Notes under the pieces: model-generated
What the model was told of the DNA's origin: nothing
Seen by the model: only the letters and a program-made list of their open reading frames with translations
The model's database searches: none
Program-made: the position numbers and the translations under genes
DNA from: Mobula birostris
Taxonomy: Eukaryota
Length of the DNA stretch: 64,000 nucleotides
Direction: 5' to 3'
Assembly (NCBI RefSeq): GCF_030028105.1
Contig: NC_092381.1
Span: 60,600,505-60,664,504 of the forward strand
Shown: positions 23,135-36,230 of the stretch, one piece after another
How the letters are laid out: the number at the start of each line of letters is the position of its first letter
Numbering within the stretch: position 1 is the first letter of the stretch

Positions 23135-24475
23135 ACATAGAATATAGAGCGATACAGTACACAGTACAGGCCCTTTGGCTCATGATGTTGTGCCAACCTT
23201 TTTAACCTACTCTAGATCAATCTAACCCTTCCCTCCTACATAGCCCCCAATTTTCCTATCTTCTATGTGCCTATCCAACATGTTGATCTATGGCCTCCTC
23301 TTGTGCCAAGATTAGGAGACCCACAGGGTGGAGGAATAACAGCTTTTATTCCTTCTGGTTGGCCTCCAACCTGATGGCGTGAATATTGATTTCTCCTTCT
23401 GGTGAACAAAAATCCTCCCTCCCCCCCCCCCCCAGCCCTTTGTTCCACACTCTGACCCTTTACTTCTTACCTGCCTGTCATTTCCTCCTGACTTCCTTCC
23501 CTTACTCCTATTATCCACTCTACCTCCTATCAAATTAACTCTTCTCCAGCCTTTGACCTTTCCCACCAACCGGGGTTTCACTTATCACCTTCCAGCTAGC
23601 CTCTTTCCCCTTCCCCTACCTCTTAATTCAGGCATTTCACCCCTTCCCTCTCAGTCCTGAAGAAGGTTCTCAGCCCAAATGTCGGCAGTTTACTCTTTTC
23701 CAGAGATGCTGCCTGATCTGCTGAGCTCTCCCAGCATTTTATCTGTGTTGCCTATGTAACATGCTGTAAGGTTTCACTGCTAATGTAATGGCTTCTCCGT
23801 AATGCTCCACACTGAGGTGATGGCTTCTCTGTAACAGCAATGTTTAGGTTATGACCAGAGATAACGGGGCATGCTAGCCAATGAGCGGGATGTTGTTGTT
23901 TCTTGTGTGTCTGGGAGCCGGGAAATCGCAGTCTTTTGCCGGGGAGAGATGAGGAGAGAAGACACGAATGGGGAGAGATGGTAGACCTCGGATGGAGTGA
24001 ACTTGCAGCGAGGGTCCGAAGGTCAGCGACGATCGGAGGAGGTCGATAGTGGACGAACGGCCTTATCAGTGAGCTCCAACCTTGAGCAATAGACTGTTTC
24101 ATGAGAATGGGCACTTTTTCTTTTTTTTTGTTTTCTTTACTCACCATATAGTCAAATGAAGAATTATAAAGCTCAATCGTTTAATCGCATATTGTGTACT
24201 GTTTGTTATTTTGTGGTACTGATTTGTAACAGGGGACACATCGCGCAGCATCCACCCAAATGAGAATTCTTAAGTTTGGCGGGGCCAGGGGTCTATATCA
24301 AGCCACTAGCTGAAGCAAGAGTTACACCTCTCTAAGAGTTTCTTAAATGACCTAATGTACCTGCCTTTACTGCTGGTCCTGGCAGGGCCTTGCATGCACC
24401 CACCACCCTCTATGTGAAAAAAACTTACCGCTGACATCCCTCCCTATACTTTCCTCCAATTACCTTAATATTATA
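23135..24475 (-). mobile_element. CR1 3' fragment interrupted by a Penelope-like fragment (~23280-23750) and a solo LTR
   Basis: The CR1 3' UTR sequence ...ATGTGCCTATC stops near 23277 and resumes as CCTCTCTAAGAGTTTCTTAAATG at 24327. Confidence 0.75.
23755..24326. mobile_element. Solo LTR (572 bp), same family as 11364-11953
   Basis: TGTAAC...GTTACA termini; TSD CCTA/CCTC (3 of 4 match); shared blocks GAGCTCCAAC, AATCGTTTAA, AGGGGACACA, GCAGCATCCACCCAAA, AAGTTTGGC. Confidence 0.85.
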
Positions 24476-26069
24476 TAAGCAACATGGGCAGAAATTTGTC
24501 CTCAGTTGTCTGTGTGTAAAGCGTAATAAAGAGGACATATCTGTTGAACTCCATTTACGAAATTGTGATTTTACAGATCACAAATCTCATATAGCAAGTG
24601 AACTTGCTTTCAATAGCAGTACAATTACAAGATATTATTGATATTTAAAATGGAGCTATGTGGATAATATTGATGTAACAGTTCATTGACCTGAGTAATT
24701 AATTCAGAACGACAGTAAGACAATTATTCCTCTATAATTTTGTTGCAAATGGGTTTAATTTCTCAGTATCTGTGTGCGACAGTTTGTACTCCTCTGCTTA
24801 TCTTTGTGTGACTCATAAGCACATCAAAAACAGTCTGTAGTTGGAATCCTTAAACAAAGTTCAAGAGTATTGCAAATTTTATTAATAGTCTCAATGGATG
24901 AATAGTTCAAATTTAAAGTTAATTTTGTGTGATTAATACATTCTGTCCACGACTTGCAGTTACATTCTAATTTAGATTGGTAAGCTCCTCAGAATGTAGT
25001 AAATTGGCAATTCCTTTCTGGTTTATAAATTTTATTCCAAACACTGAGAAATTATTCATTATGACACTTCCAAAATTGAGAATTTTGAATTTTAAATTAG
25101 AAACCATTGTGGTGAGATAAAACTGCTGATGTAAATTTGGAGTCTACTTTATCTAAGGCTGTCAGCAGTATATTTGTACATATCACCTAAAGGAAATCAC
25201 ATTAGCATAAGGCTGGGTTCAGTGATGGTGGGTTTCGCAAAAATAAATCAAAATGGTTTACCCACTCAATGCTTCAGGCTGAACATGTTTGGCTTTGGTA
25301 TTCTTGGGTTGAGCTCCACCATAATCGAGGATGAGGTTTTTTGTCTTTTAAAGAAAGTTCTTTATTATGCCATTGATCGTTCAATTAAGGCAAACGGTAT
25401 AGATGCACGTAAAGCAAGCCTGGTCAAGCAGATGAGTGAATAGGGAGTATAGTAGATGCTGATAGATTTGGATGAGGATAAAGACAGTGAAGCTAAAATG
25501 GCAGCATTGGTCTGATTGGGTTGAATGCATACTTTCTGTGGCACATATTCTATTTAATTCTTGGCAATTTGTGCAATTTTACTGTGTCCAATAAAATAGT
25601 GTGTTTACTTACATATGTAGCAGCAAGCACACTTCAATAATAATTAATTAGATGTGAAGTATTCCAAAATAGTTGTTCATATTAAAATTTAAATTTAACG
25701 TCTGATTGCAAGAACTAAAATGGTTGATAACATCTGAAATGTGGTTTTTTTGTCTTTCAGATTTATCTGCTGTGTATTATCCAACTTTACTGATATTATT
25801 TCAGACATGTTCCTTTTTATCTCATCAATTTTCTTTCTTCTGGAACAGCAATGAAGTCTTTCTGTAATTCTTGGTGTTTGCACATTCTGGCACTACCTAT
25901 GCACCACATATACAGTGGGCCATCAGGATGACAATTATATTTGGTATATTTGTTCTTCTTTACTCTGGAGACATATACACCATGACCTGAAAGAGACTAT
26001 ACAGACTGTATCACCAGATAAAACATATGATGGTTCAGGTAACTGCTACAGTGTAGAAGCAGGGTAAGG

Positions 26070-26590
26070 ACCACCTCAGTTAACTAGCCCTTCAAGGCCA
26101 ATTTAAACTGGTTATAAATGCTGATGAACCAGCAGAGAAACAGTGGATCTGATCAGAAGACCATGATGTCATACATCTACAAGCAGGCTTCGACTTATGT
26201 TCTTCCAGATGCATTTGGACAAGGGCTTGAAAGAAGGTTGCAGCTTTACTTGATTCCTGATTTGAAGGGGAAGCTTCTTGTTCCCCAACAATTAATTTTG
26301 ATTGTGCTACTGTTATCAATTTTATCCAATTCCTGATTCCTTCCCCAAAACCCATTTTGTCCATGATGTGCACATGCAATGTGATTAAAGGCCTTCTCCT
26401 GGTCCAAGCTGATCTGGTACACGCTCACGCCCTGTTCTGCATGTACACAATGATATACCTGAGTAGAGCAAGTTGACAGAGTTGAATCTGTTTCAATGAA
26501 TACCGGGATTTTTATCTTCTGGAAATGATCCTTCATGATCTCAGTAACATTCTGACTTTTAAAGTCCTTGACTATTATAAATTCCCATTA
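26070..26590 (-). mobile_element. Tx1/L1-clade RT fragment
   Basis: Peptides ISLDQEKAFNHI, MDKMGFGEGIRNWIK, SFPFKSGIK. Confidence 0.75.
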
Positions 26591-28104
26591 ATCAGTAAGC
26601 TTTGAAGGACATGCAAGTACAAGATTTTCTCACATAAAACACCAATTCAGTTGCCACACAACTCCAAGTTGTAGTGTAATGATTTTCAGTAAGATCAAAT
26701 AAAATAGAAAAGAAGTATTTCAAAATATCAGAAATGCAAATATGCATCCCATTTTGCCAAAGGCACAGTGTTAAAAGATCAGGGGACTGGAGGAGCAGAA
26801 AGATCTCATTGCAGAGATAGGAAGAGGCAAGACGGGGGGGGGGGGGGGTGGGCGGGTGCAAGGTTTGAAAACAAGCAAAGGAATTATGAAATAGATGCAC
26901 TATCATTGTAATATACAGCACAGGTCAAAGAATGCGAAGAAGATAAGTGAACAGATCAGATGTCAGTGAATGGGGAGAAGTGTTTTGGATGAGCACAAGT
27001 TTACACAAGCTCAAACAAGGGTGGCCAGCCATAGGAAGGGGAGCGGGAGTAGTTTCAGCTATGGGTGAGCTAAAGTTGCATAAGGTTTGGTAATGGTATG
27101 CACATGCAAGTGGACAGCATTGGTACCAAAATCAGATCCAAGTCTGAAAGGTCTGATGGCTTTAGACCACAGGCAGGGAGAAGCATACAAATTATGCTGA
27201 GCACATGAATTTTACAACATAGATCAAAGACAAAGGCTTCAGTCTCCCTGTTGTTGGGCTTGCGAAGATTTCTGTTCACTCATTTTGAATACTGGACAAG
27301 CAGCATGGCAAATGAGAGGCACCAAAAGTCGAGATGCTTTGAGGTAAGATTGAGCTGCTGGTTTCAGTGCGTGTGCAGAAAGTGGTGTTTTGTTCTCAGA
27401 TGAAGCTTCCGGCAGATGCATATAAAAGAGATAAAGAACTAAAACTGAAGGCATTAGGATGGACCATTGAGGGATTACTGGCGTAAATGGAAATAGAGCC
27501 ACTGCAGGGTGATTGCCTGTCTACAAATTAGCAGATAAGAGTAAAACCAGACAAGGGCAATTTCACTCAATATGGTCTTGGTAAAGAAGTATTCGAGGAG
27601 AGTGGTGTTGGTAACCCAGATGGAAGCTGCAGTTAGGTTGCAAGGGTTGAGACTTGACAAAGTGAGATTAATCATACACCTCACAAGAACACTACAATTT
27701 GCAGCTTTTGCTTTTTGCTGAAACGTGCAGGGGGTGGGGAGGGGAGAGGTTGATGCTTTGATGATTGCTGTTGCTTTTGCGGGGAGAGGGGACTTTGCAG
27801 TTCTAGCATTCTTCATTCTTTTGGGGTTCTTCTATTTCTCTGAAAAGACAAGTTTTTCAGGTTGTATACCGTATACATTCTCTGGTAATCAACAGAACCA
27901 TTTGGATGTGAGCAACCAAACTAAAGTGAAATTCTACTATGAATTCATGTTGCACAAATTGGTTTTGTATAAAATTTTGTTTGAAAGACAAAAAGTTAAA
28001 TATTGGGGGAAATCTACAATCAAAAGTAGTAGTTTCAGTATTCATTTTAAAAAGTCACATCGACTTAGATCTGGTAGAAGGAAATGAAACAAGATAAGAT
28101 CTTA

Positions 28105-31100
28105 AGATCATAAGACATAGGAGCAGAATTAGGCCATTTGGCCCATCATGTATGCTCCACCATTCAATCATAGCTGATCCTTTTGTCCCCTCCTCAGCCC
28201 CTCTCCCCGGCCTTCTACCCATAAACTTTGATGCCATGTCCAATCAAGAACCTATCAATCTCTGCCTTAAATACACCAAATGACCTGGCCTCCACAGTCG
28301 TCTGTTGTAATAAATTCAACAAATTCACCACCCTCTGGCTAAAGAAATTTCTCTGCACCTCTATTTTAAATGGATGCCCCTTTATACTGAGGCTGTGCCC
28401 TCTTGGCCTTGACTCTCCCACCATGGAAAACATCCTTTCCACATCTACTCCATCTAGGCCTTTCAACATTTGAAAGGTTTCAAAGAGAACATCCCCCACC
28501 CCCCATCCTTCTAAGTTGCAGAAAGAACAGACCCAGAGCTATAAAATGTTCCTTGTATGATAAACTTTTCATTCCTGGAATCATCCTTGTGAAACTCCTC
28601 TGAACCCTCTCCAAAGTCAGCACATCTTTTCTTAGATATGGAGCCCAAAACTGTTCACGACACTCAAGGTGCAGCCTCACCAGTGCCTTTTAAAGCCTCA
28701 GCATCACATCCCTGCTCTTGTATTCTAGTCCTCTTAAAATGAATGCTAACATGGCATTTGCCTTCTTCACCACTGACTCAACCTGTAAGTTAACCTTTAG
28801 AGTGTTCTGCACAAGGACTCCCAAGTCCCTTTACATCTCAGATTTTTGGATTTTCCCCCCATTAGAAAATAGTCTGTACATTTATTTTACTATCAAAATG
28901 CAAGACAATACATTTTCCAACATTGTATTTCATTTGCCAATCTCTTGCCCATTCTCCTCAACTGTCTAAGTCTTTCTATTTCCTCAATACAACCTGCAAT
29001 TTCACCAATCTTTGCATCATCTGCAAACCCGGCAAGAAAGCCATCTTTTCCATCATCTAAATCATTGGTACACAGCATAAGAAGAAGTGGACCCAACACC
29101 AACCCCTGTGGAACACCACTATCACTGGCAGCCATCCAGAAAAGGTTCATTTTATTCCCACTTGCTGCCTCCTACCAATCAGCCAATGCTCTAACCATGC
29201 CAGCAACTTCCCTGTAATACCATGGATTCCTTGATAAGCAGCCTCATTTGTAGCACCTTGTCAAAGACCTTCTGAAAGTCCAAATATACAACATCCACTC
29301 CAACCCCTTTATCTATCCCACATGAAATCTCCTTAAAGAGTTCCAACAGGTTCACCAGGCAAGATTTTCCCTTAAGGAGACCATGCTGACTTTGTCCTAT
29401 TTTGCCCTGTGTCATCAAGCGCTCCATAACCTCATCCTTAACAACTGACGCCAACATCCTCCCAAACGCCGAGGTCAGATTAACTGGTCTATAGTTTCCT
29501 TTCTGCTGCCTTCCTCCCTTCTTAAAGATTAGAGTGACATTTACAATTTTCCAGATGCTCTCTGTAGGCTTTTAAAAACTTCCCAATCCTCTGTCTTCCC
29601 ACTAATTTCTGCATTGTTGCATGCCCTCTCACTTGCTTTGACTTCTCTTGTCAGCCGCAGTTGTACTATTTTGCCATTTGAGTATTTGTTTTTGAAATAC
29701 ATCTATCCTGGACCTTCCTAATTTTCCCCAGAAACTCACGCCATTGTTGCTCTGCTTTCATCCCTGCCAGCATCTCCTTCCAATTTACTTTAACCATCTC
29801 CTCTCTCATACCACTGTAATTTCTTTTACTCCACTGAAATACTGTTACGCCAGACTTTGCTTACTCCCTATCAAATTTCAAGTTGAACTCAATCATACTG
29901 TGATCACTGTTTCCTAAGGGTTCTTTTACCTTAAGCTCCCTAATCACCTCCGTTTCACTACATAACACCTAATTCAGCATAGCTGATCCCCTCGTAGGCT
30001 CAATGACAAACTGCTCTAAAAAGTCATCACGAAGGTATTCAAAAACTCACTGACTGAGATCCATTTCCAAACTGATTTTCCCCAATTGATCTGTATGTTG
30101 AAATCTCCCATGACTGGCACGACATTGCCCTTTTGGCTCGCCTTTTCTATTTCCTGTTGTAATCTATGGTCCACATCCTAGCTACTGTTGGGAGGCCTGT
30201 ATATAACTGGCATCAGGGTCCTTTTACACTTGCAATTTCTTAACTCAACCCACAAAGATTCAACATCTTCCAATCCACTGCCTCATCTTTCTACTGATTT
30301 GATGCTGTTCTTTACTAGCAGACCCACACCACCTCCTCTGCCGACCTTCTTATCCCTCCAATACAACACGTAACCTTAGACATTCAGCTCCCAATTACAA
30401 TCATACTTCAGCCACAATTCAGTGATGGCCACAACATCATACCTGCCAATCTGTAATATTGTAACAACATCATCCACCTTATTTCTTATACTCCATGCAT
30501 TGAGATATAACATTTTTAGTCCTGTATTTGTTACTCCTTTTGTTTCTGCATTCCTAATGCACCTATACTCACCCTGTTGGCTGCAATTACGTACTACCAT
30601 CTGCCTGTCCTTCCTGACAGTCAGACTGCACGCTATCTTTGCTTTTTTACCACCTATTCTATTGAGTCCTTTTGATCCAGTTCCCACCCCCTGCCAAATT
30701 AGCTTAAACCCTCTCCAACAGCTCTAACAAACCTGCCTGCGAGAAAATTGGTTTCACTCAGGTTCAGGCACAACCTGTAAATTTTGAACAGGTCATACCA
30801 CCACGACAAGAGCTCCCAATGATCCAAGAACCTGAAGCCCTGACCCCCTCTCTTCCCTCCCCTCTTCCCCCTTCTCCCCACCCCTCTTCCCCCTCTCCCC
30901 TCCTCTCTTCCCCCTTCTCCCCACCCCTCTAACACTCCCTCCCCCACCTCTCCCCACTGCACCAGTTTCTCAGTCATGCATTAATTTGCCAAAATATCCT
31001 GTTTCTACCCTCACTAGTGCATGGCACAGGTAACAACACAGAAATTACTATCCAGGAGGGTCCTGCTTTTTAGCTTTCTACCTAGCTCTCTAAATTCTCT

Positions 31101-31150
31101 TTTCCAGACCTCTTTGCTTTTCCTTCCTATGTCAATGGTACCAATATGTA
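28105..31150 (-). mobile_element. CR1 LINE, large internally deleted copy (ORF1 esterase remnant, APE, RT, 3' end)
   Basis: ORF1-like GFRFLDHW...NFLAGRF; APE LYLNAWSIRNK, VAITELWL; RT SQHGLLKGKSC, VYLDFQKVFDKV, SGVPQGLVLGPLL, FADDAKI; C-terminal RNFFSQRVVNL; 3' tail at 28105-28125. Confidence 0.92.
30843..30957. repeat. Polypyrimidine/polypurine low-complexity expansion inside CR1 ORF1
   Basis: About 115 bp of almost pure C/T (CCCCTCTT-like units). Confidence 0.85.
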
Positions 31151-31344
31151 ACAATCTGTATACGTGCACCAAAACTCGTTTGCCGCACCTAAACTCGTTT
31201 GCCCTTTCCTGCCGACCCTTGATAACATTAATATCTCATTGAAATTTAGCATTCAAGCAAATAAAGGACATAGTTCCAACATGTACCCATTGAATGTCCC
31301 AAAAATGTTAAGACTTGCCTATTCAAGAGTAAGTAACCTTTAAA

Positions 31345-31700
31345 TTGTATGATTATGCCCTTTTCTCACTGTTACCATCAGGTAAGAGGTACAGAAGCCT
31401 GAAGGCACACACTCGGCGATTCAGGAACAGCTTCTTTCCCTCTGCCATCTGATTCCTAAGTGGATTTTGAAGCTTTGAACACTACCTCACTTTTTTTTAA
31501 AAATATGAATCTGCTTTTGCACATTTTTAATAATCTATTCAATATACGTGATTGATATACTTGTTTATTTATTATTATGTTTTATTTTATTTATTTTTTC
31601 TCTCTCTGCTAGATTATGTATTGCATTGAACTGCTGCTGCTAAATTAACAAATTTCACATCACATGCCAGTAATAATAAACCTGATTCTGATTCAGATTC
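31345..31700 (+). mobile_element. Rex1/Babar-like LINE 3' end
   Basis: LFSLLPSGKRYRSLKAHTRRFRNSFFPSAI; AATAAA followed by (CTGATT)n tail. Confidence 0.85.
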
Positions 31701-31714
31701 ATCAACTCTCTCAG

Positions 31715-31930
31715 ATCCTACTATTCATCCGTAAACCAGGAAAATTGCCAGAGGCCATTTAGCTTACCAACCTGCACATCTTCGGGAGAAGACCAAAGCA
31801 CACAGTCAATCGGAGTAAACCCTCTTGCTCAAAGGGAAAATGTGCAGACTCCACAACAGACAGCAAAAGAGGCCTGGATTGAACCTGTGTCTCTGGCTCT
31901 GTGAAGCAGCACCTCTACAAGCATTACTTT
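31715..31930 (-). mobile_element. V-domain tRNA-SINE remnant
   Basis: Reverse-complement V-domain (TGTGCAGACTCCACA) and B-box-like GGATTGAACC. Confidence 0.6.
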
Positions 31931-33079
31931 TACAAGCATAAGGTCCCATTCCTTCAAGTTGTCACTATTGCTGTAATTTGAAAAATATATATTGGTTATT
32001 TTTACCATTTCTCCCTTTTTTAAACTTTCTTTCCTCTATTTTTCTTCTTTTGGTTTAATTTACATTGAATTAAATATTCTAATTTATCTCTTCTGGTCTA
32101 GATTCTGGATGCCTCAACAAGCAATTTTTATTTAAATTGTTTCAAAATATTTGCTGCAGCTTAGTTTATTTTTCTCTTCAAAACATGAAGCTCTTCAACA
32201 CAGTCTGCAGGCAGAACAATGTCGTCAGACACTACATTAAAGTGTTTTTTTAATATATAAAGATATTATTAACACTACCTAACTTAGTACAATGTCATTA
32301 ACCAAGCTAGATTCTGAATCAGATATTTGCTGATCTTTTACTATGCTGGAAACTGTAGAAAATTGTCAGCATTTATTATTCATCTAAATGCTTTTATGCT
32401 CTTGCTATTCATTCAATTCCTGTGGGGTTTATTGGATTCACCAGATTCATTTGAATACTCATTTTGACGTCAGCATTGCAATGCAACCAGGATTCATGCA
32501 GACAGCTGCAGTAACTGTAGAATCTGCTGAGGCATACCCTTACACTTTGGCAGGCGACAGCCAAGTAGAGATTATCACACAACCCCATCTGCTGTACTGA
32601 CTGGAAGTTCTTGTATTTAAAGCTTTGGGAAAGCAGGAAAGGCTGCATTCAGAATGATGTTCCATTATTTCATCCAGCAGTTGCTTTCATCTAGTATAAC
32701 CACAATGTAATCAAACAGTATACCGGGATATGGCTTGAACAGACAGACGCGATAAATATTTGGAAGCTAGTAAGAATATACAGCATGCTCACATGCTATA
32801 AGTATTGAGTCAGTGATCCATAAATCCAAGCTCACTTATTTTATTTTCCTTTGTTTATACAGGCTTTTTTTCCAGTCCAGTCTTTCCTATCACTCTTTCA
32901 ACAAGATACTTCCATGATCTTGAACAGCTATCAACCTCACAGTCATCAGTGCAAAGTGGCCTCCTAAATCTCTATCATGAGAACTTGTCACAAAATACGA
33001 TGCAATCATGATGTGGTAGTTCTTTGGGGACCCGTGATACACAATGATACAGAATGCTTCTGTACAGCCAAAACAGAGG

Positions 33080-33445
33080 TTCAAAGGTTCAATTTAAGGT
33101 CAGAGAACTGTATACAATATACATCCTGAAATGAAATTTTCTCTTCGCAAAATATCCACGAAAACAGCGAAGTGCCCTAAAGAATGAACAACAGTTGAAT
33201 GTGAGAACCCCAAAGTACCCCCCCCCAGCTACCCCCTCCCGCGTGTAAGCGGCAGCAAGGCAACGAACCCTCCTCTCTCCGGCAAAAAAAAGCGCACCCG
33301 CTACTGAGCACAAGCATGGACCAGGCGATAGCAAAGACACAGACCTTGCAGTTACCCCAAAAACTAACACATTTCATCCAGCATTCAACAAACCACAGGT
33401 CCTCTCTCTCCCTAATTAGGGAAAGGGAGGTGTCCCCCATTTTCA
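33080..33445 (-). mobile_element. 5'-truncated non-autonomous retroposon
   Basis: Reverse complement of the 3' end seen at ~1430-1490, with a (TTGAACCT)-type tail at 33075-33092. Confidence 0.7.
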
Positions 33446-34307
33446 CACAACCCCATCTGGTGTACTGACTGGAAGGATATTATGAAAAAAAAAGTCTGAA
33501 CATTCTACTTGGATGTGTCCTAGGAGAATTTTCAGATGTTCCACTTATTATAATGACCTCTTTAGCTCCTTCCTCTGATTAATAGTGAACACTTCAACCT
33601 CAAAACATCACTGTTGCATTCATATATGTATAAGGTTTCATCCTGAGTTGACAGAATGAGGTGAGCAACCTTCTGTAAAAAGTGAAGCAGCCCACCATAG
33701 TGCAGATTTACCAACAAACTGATTCTTTGCCAGTCATATTAGTGGACTGTCTAACAAACATAGATAACGACCACGATACTAATAAAGCATGAAAGAATAA
33801 GAATGGAGAAATTGTAAAATAATATGCAGTCATGTGGAAGATTGGAACATTGCCATTTGTTGGAGAAATGTCATGGGGAGCAAGTGTTTGTTCTACAGTG
33901 GAAAGCATCAATTCACATCAATTGCCAGGACAGAGATTTGCAAAAGCTGCAACATTCGACATTAATATGATTGTCTATTGAGACTACTTTTAAGTATCAA
34001 AACTATTTTTTGATTATCCTATGAATAAAATAATAAAGGAGCTTGACAAAAACCCTTAAGAATATATTTCTTTAAGATGATCAAAATATGTTCATGAACT
34101 ATAATTATTTCTTTTTTAAACTTAATGCACACTTGTGCTGAACTACGAAATTTACATATTTTATTATCATGAGTCGTGTCTTGGCAAACATTATACCATT
34201 ACTTATATTTTCTGACAACCACTGATGCATAATAGAGTTAGAGTGGCATAGGGGATACAAAAAGCAATATTTTTCCTTTGTAGAATAGAGCATCTTATTT
34301 CTGCCAC

Positions 34308-35772
34308 TTGGTGTCGGTGCTGTGCAATGCTGTAAGGTGCTCCTTTCATCCGATAGCCTACAGGTCACCCTGGGGCAAGGTGTAGTACCTGTTTAGCCTC
34401 CCAATCAGGGTCACGTGAAGCCATGGTTTGCAGGTGGTGAATGGTTTTACAAGCAGATTCTACAATTGGAATTTATGACTGTAAAACTAAAAACGCTGGG
34501 CAGATGAATCTGCTGATCAATGGCCAGGGTTACCCATCCAGTATGGACACTGCAACTGAAGAAGGCAACAGGAAACCACTTCAGTATTCCTCTCTTGTAC
34601 AATCATGAACTCAAATCAACTACGGTCTCAGCTCAAAGATGTGAATGGAGCCTTCACCGAAGGAGCCTCATCTGGTAGAGGATCTCATGCGCCACAGGTG
34701 AACCTCGACCGTTATCCAGCGACTGTCACCAGATTAAAAGCAAATAAAATCAGACTAGCAACCTGGAATGTAAGAACCCTTAACCAACCTGGTAAACTAG
34801 ACAACATCAAACAGGAAATGGAAAGAATAAAAATCAACATCTTGGGAACATGCGAGACGAGGTGGAAAGGAGCTGGTAAAGCAAGCTCAGAGGGATATAC
34901 CATCATTTACTCAGGAGGAGAAATACATGAAAAAGGTGTTGGAATTATGTTAGATGAAGAACATGCAAAATCAATAAAAGGCTATTGGACAATATCAGAT
35001 TGAATGTTACTTGTGAAACTACATGCAAAACCTTTGGACGTGAACATCGTTCAAGTTTATGCCCCAGCAGCAGACAGCAGTGAAGAAAGCATTGATCAAT
35101 TTTATGACGAACTAGAAACAGCATTAAGACAATGTAAAAGCTCAGAAAATACCATTATTCAAGGTGACTTCAATACAAAAGTAAGCAAGACCAGGGACGA
35201 GGACACTACTGGGTATTACGGCACAGGTGAGAGAAATGAGAGAGGTGAACGACTAGCTACATGGGTCACAGAAAAAGATCATATAATTGGTAATACCATC
35301 TTTAAGCAACACCTGAGAAAACTATGGACATGGAAGAACCCGGGGATAGCACCAGAAACCAGATTGATTATGTGCTTATAAGGAGAAGGTTTAGAAATGC
35401 TCTGAAATCATGCAAAACATATCGGGGTGCAGACTGCTACAGTGATCACGTATCAATAATCAGCGTGATGTACCTGAGACTCAGAAAGCTTAAAAGACCA
35501 AGTGTAGAGCCAAAGCTAAATTTGGGACTTTTGAGAAAAAACAGTGATATCAAAAATGAATTCCAAATAACAATGAAGAACAAATTCATTACAACTGGAA
35601 AGCTGGAAGGAAAAAGAAGCAGAGGCAGACAGAGAATGAAAATGAAAGATGGAATAACATCATGGTTAGAAACAGGGGAGGCAACAACTACAATTCGGAG
35701 GGTCAGGGACTGTGATAGATGGAGAGACATGATCGCCCATGCCGAACGGCAAGGCACCTGAATGAATGAATG
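34308..35772 (+). mobile_element. RTE-clade element retaining APE endonuclease but lacking RT
   Basis: TSD ATTTCTGCCAC at 34297-34307 and 35773-35783; APE motifs LATWNVRTL, CETRW, IVQVYAP, GDFN, QIDYVL, SDH; C-terminal GKRSRGRQR; (TGAA)n tail; Bov-A-like 5' UTR motif GAAGGCAACAGGAAACCACTTCAGTATT. Confidence 0.9.
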
Positions 35773-35929
35773 ATTTCTGCCACACTGATGAGGGAGATGC
35801 TGCATGTTTGATTCTTTTCTGCTTTATGTAAATCTTCCTCTGCAAAATGTTATAAGTACTGATTGGAAGCTGTCAGTTTATTTTTTAAAGAAGTTTTCAT
35901 GTGCAGCTAGATATCATTAAGCACCATAC

Positions 35930-36230
35930 AGAGCAGTGGCACAGCGGTTAGTTCTGAGGTCTCACAACTCTTGCCTGATCCTGACCTTGGAGTTTACACA
36001 TCTTCTCTGTGTGAACATGTAGGTGTCCACAAGAGGCTCTGATTTCCTCCGACATTCTAAAGTCGTACTGAAACATAAATTGGCTAGTTTCCACCAAATG
36101 TGGCAGGAGAACTAGTGAGAGGTGAAGGGCTTACTCAAAAATAGAAATTACAAGAAAATATGAGGGAAAATTAGTCTGATTACTGTGTATTGAGAGCAAG
36201 TATAGGCTTAATGGGCAAATTACCTCCTCC
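35930..36230 (+). mobile_element. V-domain tRNA-SINE remnant
   Basis: GCAGTGGCACAGCGGTTAG head; GGAGTTTACACATCTTCTC...GATTTCCTCC V-domain. Confidence 0.6.

Noticed and set aside
11364-24326. One 13-kb LTR retroelement bounded by the two LTRs
   Set aside because: Each LTR has its own TSD, the two are too diverged, and no gag/pol lies between them.
25745-25870. Strong acceptor TTTTTTGTCTTTCAG
   Set aside because: All three frames stop within ~36 codons, there is no good donor, and no peptide is recognisable.
34308-34450. Twister or HDV-like ribozyme at the RTE 5' end
   Set aside because: Some stems are possible, but I could not place the conserved catalytic nucleotides; left as a search suggestion only.
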